A stretch of DNA of 64,000 bases from Thiorhodococcus minor (GCF_010820565.1 NZ_JAAIJQ010000003.1:19251-83250); one strand, 5' to 3'. Shown: positions 39,813 through 49,914, numbered from the stretch's first letter. Translations and numbers: made by a program. The notes: generated by a model not told the origin, from the sequence alone.

Positions 39813-41351
39813 TCAAGCCTCCGTCTCGGCTGGGGCCTTGGCTTCCGCGGGAGCGGGCTCCGCCTTGGGCGCCGCTTCGGCCGCGGCCTTCTGCTCGGCC
39901 TCGGCCTTTTTCTTCGCGGCCATCTCGCGCTTGCGCTTCGCCATGGCCTCGCGCTTGGCCTTCTTGATGGCCTCCATGCGCGCCGTGCGCTGCTCGGCGA
40001 GACGCTTGGTCTCGGCCTGCTTCTGCTTGGCGCGCCCGCGCGCCGCCATCTCGCCCTTGGCGTAGTTGAAGAACTGCACCAGCGGGATGTGACCCGGGCA
40101 GGCGTAGGCGCAGGAGCCGCAGCCGATGCAATCCATGAGACCCCGCTCGACCGCGCCCTCCAGATCGCCGACGCGGATATGGGCCGCCATGTCGAGCGGC
40201 ACCAGCCCGCAAGGGCAGGCCTGGACGCAGCTCGCGCAGCGGATGCAGGGCATGACCTCGCTGACGTTGGTCTCCTCCGCGGTCAGGGCCAGGATCCCGT
40301 TGCTGCCCTTGACCATGGGCACCCGCGTGCTCGGCAGCGGCTGCCCCATCATGGGCCCGCCGCTGATGAGTCGGTCGGGCTCGACCTTGAAACCGCCGCA
40401 GTAGTCCAGGATGTCCTGGACCCTGGTACCGAGAGGGATGCGCACATTGCGCGGCTCGGAGATCGCCTTGCCGCTGACGGTCACCACGCGCGAGACCAGC
40501 GGATAGCCGTAGCGCAGCGCCTCGTGCACGGCAAAGGCCGTCGCTGGGTTGTGAGCCACGACGCCGATATCGGCGGTCAATCCGCGCGCCGGCGTCTCAC
40601 GCCCGATCAGCGTCTGCACCAGGTGCTTTTCCGACCCCATCGGATAGCGGGTCGGCAGGCGGGCGATGCCGATATTCGGGTACTCGGAGGCCGCGACCGC
40701 CATGGCCGCCTGCGCCTCAGGCTTGTTGTTCTCGATGCCGATGATGATGCGCTCCACCCCGAGCGCATGCGCCATGATGCGGATACCGTCGAGCACGTCC
40801 GCCGAGCGCTCGCGCATCAGGCGGTCATCACAGGTCAGGTAGGGCTCGCACTCGGCCCCATTGATAACTAGCGTGTGCAGCCGATATTTCTTGCGCAAAT
40901 TCAGCTTGACGGCTGCGGGAAAGGTCGCGCCGCCCAGGCCGACGACGCCGGCCGCGGCGACGCGCGCCGCGATCTCCTCCGGCTGCAGCGCGAAGGGGTC
41001 CTCGACACCCTGGATGTGGTCGGCCCAGCGATCCTCGCCGTCGGGCTTGAGCGTGATGGTCGGCACCGAGAGCCCGGAGGCGTGATGCGCCGGGTAGCTG
41101 CCCACGCCCATGATGCGCCCTGAGGTCGGCGCATGGACGGGCGCCGAGATCATGCCCTGGCCGTTCGCCAGCAGGTCCCCCTTGGCGACCATCTGGCCGC
41201 GCCGCACGGCCGGGCTGGCCGGGGCGCCGATGTGCTGCTGCAGCGGAATGTGAAGAAGCGCCGGCATCGGCAGGTCTTGGATCTCCTGACCGGCGGCGAG
41301 CTGTTTGCGGTCGTCCGGGTGGACGCCGCCACGGATCTTGAAAAGTCTCAT
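39813..41351 (-). CDS. rnfC: Rnf complex subunit C (NADH-binding, 2x[4Fe-4S])
   Basis: GGATFP, two CxxCxxCxxxCP motifs (CIRCASCVQACP, CIGCGSCAYACP) and a Lys/Ala/Glu-rich C-terminal tail. Internal start MRLFKIRGG at the position expected for RnfC. Confidence 0.9.
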   Translation of the reverse strand: MRLFKIRGGVHPDDRKQLAAGQEIQDLPMPALLHIPLQQHIGAPASPAVRRGQMVAKGDLLANGQGMISAPVHAPTSGRIMGVGSYPAHHASGLSVPTITLKPDGEDRWADHIQGVEDPFALQPEEIAARVAAAGVVGLGGATFPAAVKLNLRKKYRLHTLVINGAECEPYLTCDDRLMRERSADVLDGIRIMAHALGVERIIIGIENNKPEAQAAMAVAASEYPNIGIARLPTRYPMGSEKHLVQTLIGRETPARGLTADIGVVAHNPATAFAVHEALRYGYPLVSRVVTVSGKAISEPRNVRIPLGTRVQDILDYCGGFKVEPDRLISGGPMMGQPLPSTRVPMVKGSNGILALTAEETNVSEVMPCIRCASCVQACPCGLVPLDMAAHIRVGDLEGAVERGLMDCIGCGSCAYACPGHIPLVQFFNYAKGEMAARGRAKQKQAETKRLAEQRTARMEAIKKAKREAMAKRKREMAAKKKAEAEQKAAAEAAPKAEPAPAEAKAPAETEA

Positions 41352-41421
41352 GGCCGTGTGCGGACCTCCGTCCGAGGTTGCGAGCCCCCGCGTGCGAGGA
41401 GCGAAGTGCCGAGAAGCTGGC

Positions 41422-41952
41422 TCATATCGCCACCGCCGGCTTCGGCCAGTACCAGGTCTGCAAGGTCGGCGCGAGCGGACGCATCTCGATGCACTCGGTC
41501 GGACAGACGTCGAAGCACAGCTCGCAGCCGATACAGGCGTCTGCAAAGACGCTGTGGATCATGTTGTTGGCGCCCATGATGGCGTCGGTCGGACAGCGCT
41601 TGAAGCACTTGGTGCAGCCGATGCAGAGGCTCTCGTGGATGTGCGCGATGGTGGGCACCTTGTCCTCGACGCCAGACAGATCCGCCGTGACGCCAAGCAA
41701 GCTGGCCAGCTCCTCGGCCAGCGCGCGTCCGCCGGGGGGGCAGATGGTGACCGGCGCGGCACCCGAGGCGATGGCCTCGGCGGCGGGCCCACAGCCCGGA
41801 TAGCCGCACTGACCGCATTGCGAGCCGGGAAGCAGGGCGGAGACCTCTTCGGTCGCCGCGCTGCCCTCGACCTTGAGGTAGCGCGCGGCGAGTCCCAGCA
41901 GCCCGCCGAGGGCGAGACCAAGCGTGGTAAGACTGGCGATCGCGGCAAACAT
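41422..41952 (-). CDS. rnfB: Rnf complex subunit B (ferredoxin-like)
   Basis: N-terminal TM, Cys cluster CGQCGYPGC and two 4Fe-4S ferredoxin motifs (CIGCTKCFKRCP, CIGCELCFDVCP). Confidence 0.9.
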   Translation of the reverse strand: MFAAIASLTTLGLALGGLLGLAARYLKVEGSAATEEVSALLPGSQCGQCGYPGCGPAAEAIASGAAPVTICPPGGRALAEELASLLGVTADLSGVEDKVPTIAHIHESLCIGCTKCFKRCPTDAIMGANNMIHSVFADACIGCELCFDVCPTECIEMRPLAPTLQTWYWPKPAVAI

Positions 41953-42010
41953 ATCTCTTCGGATCTCCTGATTGAGTCGAGTATCGCGCCGAGTCGAGTG
42001 TCGCGCTCCC

Positions 42011-42586
42011 TCAGGCGAGCCCGGCGAAGCCCATGAAGGCCAAGGACATCAGGCCGGCGACGATGAAGGCGATGGGCGCGCCGGCGAAGGCCGCGGGCAC
42101 GTTGGCCAGCGCGAGACGCTCGCGCATGCCGGCGAAGAGCACCATGACCAGGGTGAAGCCGAGCGCGGAGCCGAGCCCGTAGAGGACGCTCTCCAGGAAG
42201 CCGTGGCCTTCCTGCACGTTCAGCAGCGCCACGCCCAGCACGGCGCAGTTGGTCGTGATGAGGGGCAGATAGATGCCCAGCACCTGATAGAGGGCTGGCG
42301 AGATCTTGCGCACCGCCATCTCCGTGAACTGGACCACGGCGGCGATGACGAGAATGAAGGTCAGGATGCGCAGATAGCCGATCCCCAAGGGCTGGAGGAC
42401 GTAATACTCCAACAGCCAGCCGGCCACGGCGGCCAGCGTCAGCACGAAGGTCGTGGCGAGCCCCATGCCGAGCGCGGAGTCCAGCTTGCCCGAGACCCCC
42501 ATGAAGGGGCAGAGACCGAGGAACTTGACCAAGACCACATTGTTGACCAATGCAGTGGCCAGGATCAGCATGAGATACTCGCCCAT
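42011..42586 (-). CDS. rnfA: Rnf complex subunit A
   Basis: NqrE/RnfA polytopic signature ([20 protein letters not shown]). Start at MGEYLM. Confidence 0.9.
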   Translation of the reverse strand: MGEYLMLILATALVNNVVLVKFLGLCPFMGVSGKLDSALGMGLATTFVLTLAAVAGWLLEYYVLQPLGIGYLRILTFILVIAAVVQFTEMAVRKISPALYQVLGIYLPLITTNCAVLGVALLNVQEGHGFLESVLYGLGSALGFTLVMVLFAGMRERLALANVPAAFAGAPIAFIVAGLMSLAFMGFAGLA

Positions 42587-42628
42587 GTGCGAAAGCCCTT
42601 GCGCGACGAAAACAGATGACCCGGGCAA

Positions 42629-42646
42629 TGCAACCTGAATGCCACC
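42629..42646 (-). promoter_or_regulatory. Candidate sigma-54 (-24/-12) promoter for the rnf operon
   Basis: Minus strand reads TGGCAT-tcagg-TTGCA, against consensus TGGCAC-N5-TTGCA, about 40 nt upstream of the rnfA ATG. Confidence 0.55.
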
Positions 42647-42825
42647 TCTCCGGGTAGGGCCTTAGGCCATTGCCTCGGAGGGGGCAGCCAGATCCCCCGC
42701 TCGCCGCTCGCCCAGCGACTCCCGCGTCCAAAAAACAGCAGCTTGCGGACCAAGCCCCCGGAAGCTCCGCAGGCTATTTCGCGACGCGGGAGCCTCATGC
42801 CTGCTCCGCGCGACGCGCCAGCGGC

Positions 42826-42841
42826 TGTCGCGGTGCCAACA
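42826..42841. promoter_or_regulatory. TGT-N10-ACA motif (NifA-type upstream activator sequence candidate)
   Basis: TGTcgcggtgccaACA. A second site, TGTtggaaaactgACA, lies at 42869-42884. Both sit in the rnfA/nifL divergent spacer. Confidence 0.4.
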
Positions 42842-42926
42842 AGATTTCTCGTTGCCAGCACGGCCGATTGTTGGAAAACTGACAAAGCGCCGAGCCCGGA
42901 GCTCAGTCGTGACGGGCCGAAGCGCA

Positions 42927-42942
42927 TGGTGTATTTTTTGCT
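42927..42942 (+). promoter_or_regulatory. Candidate sigma-54-type -24/-12 element upstream of nifL
   Basis: TGGTGT-atttt-TTGCT (GG-N10-GC) about 40 nt upstream of the nifL ATG. Weaker match than the rnf and nifB elements. Confidence 0.35.
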
Positions 42943-42981
42943 TAAGCTGTAGCGGAAAGCTTAGCCGCTCAGGAGAATGCC

Positions 42982-44622
42982 GTGCCGGTCCGACAAGCCC
43001 CCGAGCCCGTTCAAGAGGCCGTTATCAACGCCCTAGGCGAGTTTCTGGCGTCTCCCCCGGACGGGACGCCACCCGAAGTGATCGAGGCACTCTCGTTCAT
43101 GGGCGGGGATCCCGCTGACCCTCTGCCGCCGCGGCTCTTTTTCGAGGCCGTCGAGCAGTCTCCGGTCGCCATCTCCATCACGGATGCCAAGGCGGTCATC
43201 CTCTATGCCAACCCCGCCTTCGAGCAGCTGACCGGCTACGGACGCAAGGAGGTGGTTGGGCAGAACGAGGGCATCCTGTCGAACAACGCCACGCCGAACA
43301 GCATCTACGAGCAGCTCTGGCGCACCATCAGCCGCAAGCAGACCTGGACCGGCACCCTGGTCAATCGCACCAAGCAGGGCGGCGATTACCTCGCCGAGCT
43401 GACGATCTCCCCGGTGCTGGATCGCGACGGCGACCTCAAGTACTTCCTGGGCATGCACCGGGACGTGACCAAGATGCACGAGCTGGAAGGCGCGCTGCGC
43501 CAGCAGAAGTCGCGCATCGAGACGGTGCTGGACGCCGCGCCCGTGATCGTGGTGCTGCTCGACAGCGCCGGACGGGTGATCCTGGACAATCAGGAGTACA
43601 AGCGCCTGCTCGGCGACCTCAAGGGCAAGGAGCCGGTCGACGTCCTGCGCGCCGCCATCAGCGAGCAGCTCGGCATCGATGCCTTCGCCGCCTGCCTGGA
43701 GGGCAAGCCGTTCAAGAACGTCGAGGTCAGCATCGATATCCGCGGCCACCAGGGACCGCGCTGGTTCTCCTGCTCAGGCACCCCGGTGCAGGAGTCCGAC
43801 CCGACCGCGCGCAGCTACTTCGGCCAGACGGGGCCGGGCGAGCGCCGCCTGCTCATCCTCGCCAACGACGTCACGGTGCGGCGCCGCGAGATCGAGCGCG
43901 CCCACATGGAGAACCTGCGCGCGCGCCTCGCCGAGCAGCAGCTCATGCACGGCACGCGCGAGGCGCTCGCCGCGGCCATCTACCAGATCCAAGTCCCGCT
44001 GAACGTCATCAAGGCCGCCGGCGGCATGCTGCGCAGCGGGGCTGGCAACGTGGATACGCTAGTGGGCATGCTCGACCAGATCAGCGAGTCCGGTGCCAAG
44101 GCGCTCGAGACCCTGAGCGCGGCGCTGCCGGAAGAGACGCGCGAGGCCGGCGTCATGGTCAACGTCAATGCCCTGCTCCGCCAGGTGCTGGAGCTGGAGA
44201 CCAACCGGCTGCTCGCGGACGGCGTGGTGGTGGACTGGCGCCCGGCGGCCGTGCTGCCCGAGCTGCCGGCGCACAAGAACGAGCTGCGCTCCATGTTCAA
44301 GCACCTCATCGACAACGCCATTCAGGCGCTGCGCGAGTCCAACAAAGGTCATCGCGAGCTGAGCCTGACCACCCGTAAACTGGACAATGGCGTGGAGGTC
44401 GAGATCCAGGACAACGGACCCGGCATCCCGGCCGACGACCGCTATCGCGTCTTCGAGCCCTTCTACATCGGCTGGAAGCACCGCCGTGGGCGCGCCGGCA
44501 TGGGCCTGGCGCTCTCCCAGGAGATCGTCAACGCGCACGGCGGGTCGATCGAGGTCGACCCCGACTTCACCGACGGCTGCCGCATCCGTCTCTCTCTGAC
44601 CGCCGTCTTTCCGGACGATTGA
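42982..44622 (+). CDS. nifL: Nitrogen fixation regulatory flavoprotein NifL (PAS-PAS-GHKL)
   Basis: N-terminal PAS region aligns with Azotobacter NifL (LTGYGRKEVVGQNEGILSNNATPNSIYEQLWRTISRKQTWTGTLVNRTK...YLGMHRDVT). C-terminal GHKL ATPase (DNGPGIP, GMGLALS). Confidence 0.9.
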   Translation: MPVRQAPEPVQEAVINALGEFLASPPDGTPPEVIEALSFMGGDPADPLPPRLFFEAVEQSPVAISITDAKAVILYANPAFEQLTGYGRKEVVGQNEGILSNNATPNSIYEQLWRTISRKQTWTGTLVNRTKQGGDYLAELTISPVLDRDGDLKYFLGMHRDVTKMHELEGALRQQKSRIETVLDAAPVIVVLLDSAGRVILDNQEYKRLLGDLKGKEPVDVLRAAISEQLGIDAFAACLEGKPFKNVEVSIDIRGHQGPRWFSCSGTPVQESDPTARSYFGQTGPGERRLLILANDVTVRRREIERAHMENLRARLAEQQLMHGTREALAAAIYQIQVPLNVIKAAGGMLRSGAGNVDTLVGMLDQISESGAKALETLSAALPEETREAGVMVNVNALLRQVLELETNRLLADGVVVDWRPAAVLPELPAHKNELRSMFKHLIDNAIQALRESNKGHRELSLTTRKLDNGVEVEIQDNGPGIPADDRYRVFEPFYIGWKHRRGRAGMGLALSQEIVNAHGGSIEVDPDFTDGCRIRLSLTAVFPDD

Positions 44623-44639
44623 CTTTGCCCGACCGATCA

Positions 44640-46232
44640 ATGAGCTCTACCCCAACCGACTTCGGGGCCGCCGAAGAGGCGCATCGCCTCGCCCTGGCCG
44701 AATCCCAGCTGGCCGCCCTCTTCGAGGTCAGCAGCGTGCTCAGCCGCTCGCTGAACCTGCGCCAGACCCTACGCGAGGTGCTCAGCGTGCTGCACGAGCG
44801 CGGCCGCATGAGCCACGGGCTCGTCTGCCTCTTGGACGAAGAGCGCGGCGAGCTCCTCATCAGCGCCCTGCACGGCAAGGACGCCGAGCCCTTCGAGACC
44901 GTCACCTACCAGCCCGGCGAGGGGGTCATCGGCCACATCCTCACCACCAACGAGCCCTGGGTGCTGCCCAAGGTCGCCGACGAGCCGCGCTTCCTCGATC
45001 GGCTCAACCTCTATGATCCCGAGCTGCCCTTCATCGGCGTTCCGATCCGGCTCGGCGAGGAAAAGGCGGTCGGCGTCTTCGCCGCCCAGCCGCCCCCGGG
45101 CGACGCCCTGCTCGGCTACCGCTCGCGCTTTCTGGAGATGGTCGCCAACCTCATCGGTCAGGCCGTGCGCCTGGCGCGTACCGTCGAGGCCGAGCAGCGC
45201 GCCCTGCGCGAGGAGCGCGACACCCTGAGGCGCGAGGTCAAGGGCACGCACGGATTCGACAGCATCATCGGCCGTGCGGACAGCATGCGCCTGGTCTTCG
45301 AGCAGGTGCGCCAGGTCGCCAAGTGGAACACCACGGTGCTGATCCGCGGCGAATCCGGCACGGGTAAGGAGCTGATCGCCAACGCCATCCACTACAACTC
45401 GCCGCGCGCCCGCGCGCCCTTCGTCAAGCTCAACTGCGCCGCCCTGCCGGACAACCTGCTGGAGTCCGAGCTTTTCGGCCACGAGAAGGGCGCCTTCACA
45501 GGTGCCGTGAGCCAGCGCAAGGGGCGCTTCGAGCAGGCCGACGGCGGGACCATCTTCCTCGACGAGATCGGCGAGATCTCACCCGCCTTCCAGGCCAAGC
45601 TGCTGCGCGTGCTTCAAGAAGGCGAGCTCGAGCGGGTCGGCGGCGGGCGCACCCTCAAGGTCGACGTGCGCGTCATCGCCGCGACCAACCGCGACCTCGA
45701 GGCCGAGGTGCGCGCGGGGGATTTTCGCGAAGACCTCTACTACCGCCTCAACGTCATGCCCATCCGCATGCCGGCGCTGCGCGAGCGTCTGGAGGACATC
45801 CCGGACCTCGCACGCTTCCTGGTCGGCAAGGTCGCCCGCACCCAGGGTCGCGACCTGGAGATCACCGACAGCGCCATCCGCCAGCTCATGCGTCACAACT
45901 GGCCGGGCAATGTGCGCGAGCTGGAGAACTGCATGGAGCGCGCGGCGGTCATGTGCGAGAACGGCGTCATCGACCGCGACGTCATCAACCTGACCGGTTT
46001 CAGCCCGGACGGCAGCGGCCAGGAATACTCGACGGCCACCACGACCACCACAGCGGCCCCGGCCACGCAGGTCGACCTCAACGACCCCAACCTCGACGAG
46101 CGCGAGCGCGTCATCGCCGCCCTGGAAGAGGCCGGCTGGGTCCAGGCCAAGGCCGCGCGCCTGCTCAATATGACCCCCCGTCAGATCGCCTACCGCATCC
46201 AGACGCTCAATATTAAGATGCGGCAATTCTGA
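44640..46232 (+). CDS. nifA: Sigma-54-dependent nif-specific transcriptional activator NifA
   Basis: GAF N-terminus and AAA+ sigma-54 activator core ([21 protein letters not shown]). Interdomain CxxxxC ([11 protein letters not shown]). C-terminal HTH ([20 protein letters not shown]). Start is 18 nt after the nifL stop. Confidence 0.95.
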   Translation: MSSTPTDFGAAEEAHRLALAESQLAALFEVSSVLSRSLNLRQTLREVLSVLHERGRMSHGLVCLLDEERGELLISALHGKDAEPFETVTYQPGEGVIGHILTTNEPWVLPKVADEPRFLDRLNLYDPELPFIGVPIRLGEEKAVGVFAAQPPPGDALLGYRSRFLEMVANLIGQAVRLARTVEAEQRALREERDTLRREVKGTHGFDSIIGRADSMRLVFEQVRQVAKWNTTVLIRGESGTGKELIANAIHYNSPRARAPFVKLNCAALPDNLLESELFGHEKGAFTGAVSQRKGRFEQADGGTIFLDEIGEISPAFQAKLLRVLQEGELERVGGGRTLKVDVRVIAATNRDLEAEVRAGDFREDLYYRLNVMPIRMPALRERLEDIPDLARFLVGKVARTQGRDLEITDSAIRQLMRHNWPGNVRELENCMERAAVMCENGVIDRDVINLTGFSPDGSGQEYSTATTTTTAAPATQVDLNDPNLDERERVIAALEEAGWVQAKAARLLNMTPRQIAYRIQTLNIKMRQF

Positions 46233-46279
46233 CCCCGGCAGCCTCGGTGCTCACCGGCGCTGCCTCGGAGGGATCGGCG

Positions 46280-46990
46280 ATGAGCATCCTGATCGACCTG
46301 ATCGTCTTGCTGGCCGTTTTGGCGGCGCTGGGCAAAGGCTGGGGCTGGTGGCGAACCGCGCAGCGCCTGCGCTTCATCCGCACCTACAGCTTCCCGAACG
46401 GCCTGCTCGACCGGCTGGCCAAGCACCACCCCCAGCTCGACGGCCGCGACCGCCACCTGGTCGCCCGCGGGCTGCGGCAGTTCTTCATCGCCTACCTGCG
46501 CGGCGGCCGCAAATTCGTCTCCATGCCATCGCAAGCGGCGGACGACCTCTGGCACGAATTCATCCTCTACACCCGCCACTACCAGGCATTCTGCAGCAAG
46601 GCCTTCGGGCGCTTCCTCCACCACACCCCAGCCGCCGTGCTCGGACCCAGCCGCCAGAGCAATACCGGCCTGCGCCGCGTCTGGTGGCACAGCTGCCGCG
46701 AGGAGAAGATCGACCCCAAGCGGCCCACCCGGCTCCCGCTCCTCTTCGCGCTCGACCAGCAGCTCGGGATCGAGAACGGCTTCCGCTACGCACTGGACTG
46801 CCATGGCGCCAGACGCAAGCAGCAGGACAGCTCCAGCACCCCCGTCTACTGCGCCGGCGACATGTCCAGTACCGACTTCGACGGGTCGTCCGATGGCTTC
46901 GGCGACTCCTGGTTTGGCGGCGGGGATGGCTCGGGGAGCACTGGGGGTGGAGGTGACAGCGGTTGCGGCGGGGGCTGCGGTGGGGATTGA
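46280..46990 (+). CDS. Hypothetical N-terminally anchored membrane protein with C-terminal Gly/Ser/Cys-rich tail (TIGR04222-like architecture)
   Basis: TM helix MSILIDLIVLLAVLAALG, conserved-looking core DDLWHEFILYTRHYQAFC, and C-terminus ...GGGDGSGSTGGGGDSGCGGGCGGD. GGAGGGA ribosome-binding site. Confidence 0.5.
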   Translation: MSILIDLIVLLAVLAALGKGWGWWRTAQRLRFIRTYSFPNGLLDRLAKHHPQLDGRDRHLVARGLRQFFIAYLRGGRKFVSMPSQAADDLWHEFILYTRHYQAFCSKAFGRFLHHTPAAVLGPSRQSNTGLRRVWWHSCREEKIDPKRPTRLPLLFALDQQLGIENGFRYALDCHGARRKQQDSSSTPVYCAGDMSSTDFDGSSDGFGDSWFGGGDGSGSTGGGGDSGCGGGCGGD

Positions 46991-47136
46991 GACACGGCCT
47001 CTCACCACGGCACTGAAGGCTTGGTGACGATCTACCGAGCTTCCGGAGTCTGACCCTATCGGCACACGCGGCAGTCGATGGGCGCGCAGCTGAGGCCTTG
47101 GGTATGGAACATATAATTTCGCTGCGAAGAGCGCTT

Positions 47137-47367
47137 ATGGGACAGGTAACCATCTACCTCGACGACGAGACCGAATCGCGCTTGAAGGCTTCGGCCAAGA
47201 GCAAGGGCGTACCCGTCAGTCGTTGGATCGCCGAGCTGGTGCGCGAGAAGACCGGGACCGAATGGCCCGAGGAGGTCCGTCAGCTAGCCGGGGCCTGGCC
47301 CGATTTCCCCGACGCGGAGACGCTGCGCGGCGAGCAAGCCGAGGATGTCCGCCGCGAGTCGTTCTGA
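47137..47367 (+). CDS. Type II antitoxin (VapB-like, ribbon-helix-helix/CopG-type)
   Basis: Small acidic protein (VTIYLDDETESRLKASAKSKGVPVSRWIAELV) whose stop overlaps the PIN-gene start (TGATG). Confidence 0.55.
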   Translation: MGQVTIYLDDETESRLKASAKSKGVPVSRWIAELVREKTGTEWPEEVRQLAGAWPDFPDAETLRGEQAEDVRRESF

Positions 47368-47759
47368 TGTTTCTGCTCGAGACCAACACCCTGATCGACT
47401 TCTTCAAGGGACAGGGTCGGGTTGCCGAACGACTGCTGGCCACACCACCCAACCAGGTGGGCATTTCCGCGATCGTGCTGCACGAGCTGCAAACGGGGAT
47501 CGCCAAATCGACTCAGCCAGAAAAGCGGCACCACCAGCTCGAAAGCCTGGTGAGCGCCGCCATGCTGTTTCCATTCGGCGCGCCTGAAGCCGCCGCTTCG
47601 GCGCTGATCCGCGCCGATTTGGAGCGCGCCGGCACACCCATCGGCCCGCTGGATACCCTGATCGCCGGAACCGCTCTCGCCAACCGAGCGGTACTGATCA
47701 CGCACAACACCCGGGAATTCTCACGGGTCTCCAATCTGGCTCTGGAGGACTGGTACTAG
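47367..47759 (+). CDS. vapC: PIN-domain toxin VapC
   Basis: MFLLETNTLIDF... with the conserved acidic residues of the PIN fold and C-terminal ...ITHNTREFSRV; 130 aa. Confidence 0.8.
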   Translation: MFLLETNTLIDFFKGQGRVAERLLATPPNQVGISAIVLHELQTGIAKSTQPEKRHHQLESLVSAAMLFPFGAPEAAASALIRADLERAGTPIGPLDTLIAGTALANRAVLITHNTREFSRVSNLALEDWY

Positions 47760-47811
47760 TGCGGAATGGCACTTCCAAGTTGCGAAGTCATGCTTGCCCG
47801 AGATTCGGCCA

Positions 47812-47944
47812 ATCGAACCGCGAAGGCGCAAAGGACGCTAAGAAAAGATATTGGCTGTTGTATGGAGCTCACCTGCAGGATGCGCAATCGCCACCCCGCA
47901 ACGCATTGAAATCCTTTGCGCTCTTCGTGCACTTTGCGGTTCGA
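47812..47944. repeat. Family-2 paired inverted-arm element (MITE/BIME-like), copy A
   Basis: Left arm atcgaaccgcgaaggcgcaaaggacgc, right arm gcgctcttcgtgcactttgcggttcga. The arms are inverted repeats of each other and match the arms at 54071-54206. Confidence 0.55.
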
Positions 47945-48097
47945 CAGCTCTTCTGAGGTCGATGCCAAGAACGCTCGTGCTGCACGATCTCCAGCCGGCT
48001 GCTCGGACCGATCGCTGCCGTCGGCGCCGTCATCAGTCATTGACGATCGAGGATTCTGTTAGGCTTCGGCATCCGCTGCTTCGAGACTACGCCAGCC

Positions 48098-49414
48098 ATG
48101 TCGACCACCCACTCGCAAGAGCGCCGCTTCGGGCCAGTCACCGCGATCTCGCTGGTGATCGCGACCATGATCGGCACCGGCGTCTTTACCACGACAGGCT
48201 TCTTGCTGCGCGACATCGGCTCACCGCCGGCCGTCCTGGTCGCCTGGCTGCTCGGTGGGGCCGCGGCGGCCTTCGGCTCGCTGGCCTATGCGGAGCTGGT
48301 CGCCGCGCTGCCGCACAATGGCGGCGAATACCAGCTGCTGTCGCGCATCTACCATCCGGCGCTGGGCTTCATCGCCGGCTTCGTCTCGCTGGTCGTCGGC
48401 TTCGCCGCCCCGGTCGCGGCGAGCGCCATCGCCTTCGGCGAGTACCTCAATCTGGCACTGGGCACGTCCGCCGTCTCGCCGGTCATCTCCGGCCTGGTGC
48501 TCGTGGTCGCCGCCTCGGTGATCCACTCCATCCACCTCGGGAGGGGCAGCCGGGTCCAGGATCTGCTCACCATCGGCAAGGCCCTGCTGATCCTCCTCTT
48601 CATCGTCGGCGGACTCGCCGCGGTGGATCCCGCGCGGCTCGTGGGGAGCGGAGACTCCCAAACCGTCGCCGCCGTGCTGTCCCCCGCCTTCGCGGTGGGG
48701 CTCATCTATGTGTCCTACGCCTACAGCGGTTGGAATGCCGCGGCCTATATCGCCGGCGAGGTGCGCCAGCCGGAGCGCTACATGCCGATCGCCCTGGGCA
48801 CGGGAACCCTGCTCGTGACGCTGCTCTATCTGGGGGTGAACACGGTGTTTCTGGGCGCCGCACCCGCCGAAGAGATCGCGAGCGCGGGGGAGCGCGTGGG
48901 GGCCGTCGCGGCCATGCATGCCTTCGGCGAACTGGGAGGACGCATCCTCAGCGGACTCATCGCCATCGGCCTGCTCTCGACCGTCGGCGCACTGGTCATG
49001 ACCGGCCCGCGCATCTACGAGGCCATGGGACGCGACTACCCGGCCATGCGCGTGCTCGCGCGCCGACGCCTCTCCGGCGGCCCCGTCATCGCCATCGCCC
49101 TCCAATCCGCGCTCGCCGTGGCCATGATGCTGACCTCCAGCTTCGAGGCCTTGGTGAGCTATGTCGGCTTCACCCTCTCGGTGTTCGCCGCGCTGACGGT
49201 AGGCGGGGTCTTCGTCCTGCGCGCCCGCGAGCCCGAGCTGGCGCGGCCCTACCGCACCTGGGGCCACCCCTTCACCACACTGGGCTTCCTCGCGCTCATG
49301 ACCTGGATGACCGTCCACGCCGTCCACCAGCGCCCCATCATCGTCGCGGTCGGCGCCTTGACGGTCTTGCTCGGCTGGCTTGGCTACCTGGCGGCGCGGC
49401 GCCTGGGGCGGTAG
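48098..49414 (+). CDS. Amino-acid (APC-family) permease
   Basis: 12-TM pattern; N-terminal consensus ISLVIATMIGTGVFTTTGF and conserved GGEYQLLSRIY. Confidence 0.85.
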   Translation: MSTTHSQERRFGPVTAISLVIATMIGTGVFTTTGFLLRDIGSPPAVLVAWLLGGAAAAFGSLAYAELVAALPHNGGEYQLLSRIYHPALGFIAGFVSLVVGFAAPVAASAIAFGEYLNLALGTSAVSPVISGLVLVVAASVIHSIHLGRGSRVQDLLTIGKALLILLFIVGGLAAVDPARLVGSGDSQTVAAVLSPAFAVGLIYVSYAYSGWNAAAYIAGEVRQPERYMPIALGTGTLLVTLLYLGVNTVFLGAAPAEEIASAGERVGAVAAMHAFGELGGRILSGLIAIGLLSTVGALVMTGPRIYEAMGRDYPAMRVLARRRLSGGPVIAIALQSALAVAMMLTSSFEALVSYVGFTLSVFAALTVGGVFVLRAREPELARPYRTWGHPFTTLGFLALMTWMTVHAVHQRPIIVAVGALTVLLGWLGYLAARRLGR

Positions 49415-49482
49415 GGCAGACCACCTGGGGCTCGGCCTAAGCCCCGAAATTCCATCGATGAGATCAACTCGCGACCGGTCGG

Positions 49483-49914
49483 TCAACCGCGTTCCGCTCC
49501 GTCTTGAGGGGACTGAGGCGAGCCAATGACAACGGCAGGGAGATCGGTCCGAGGAAAGTCGTCACCCTTGAAGAGCAACGGCTGTTTAAGGGTGCTCGCC
49601 AAGGCATAGGAGCAGCAGTCGCCGAGATTGAGTGAGGCTGGGTGCAGCCCCTTGCCGAAACGCTCATAGGCCACGCGAGCCACACGCGCCTGAATCGCGT
49701 CGAAAGGCACGACCTCGACGCCGAGATCCGCAAGCAAAGCCTCCAGCTCAGCGACGGCATCGGCTCCTTTGCGCCGATAGAGCACGATCGATGTCTCCAA
49801 GACGGAGAAGGCGCTGATAAAACGCACGGGATCCGCGGCCAATGCGGTCGATAAGCACTCGGCCTCAGGCTCTCCGAGCAGAATCGCAACCAGAGCCGAG
49901 CTGTCGATCACCAT
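49483..49914 (-). CDS. vapC: PIN-domain toxin VapC
   Basis: MVIDSSALVAILLGEPEAE... PIN fold; its start overlaps the upstream antitoxin stop. Confidence 0.8.
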   Translation of the reverse strand: MVIDSSALVAILLGEPEAECLSTALAADPVRFISAFSVLETSIVLYRRKGADAVAELEALLADLGVEVVPFDAIQARVARVAYERFGKGLHPASLNLGDCCSYALASTLKQPLLFKGDDFPRTDLPAVVIGSPQSPQDGAERG

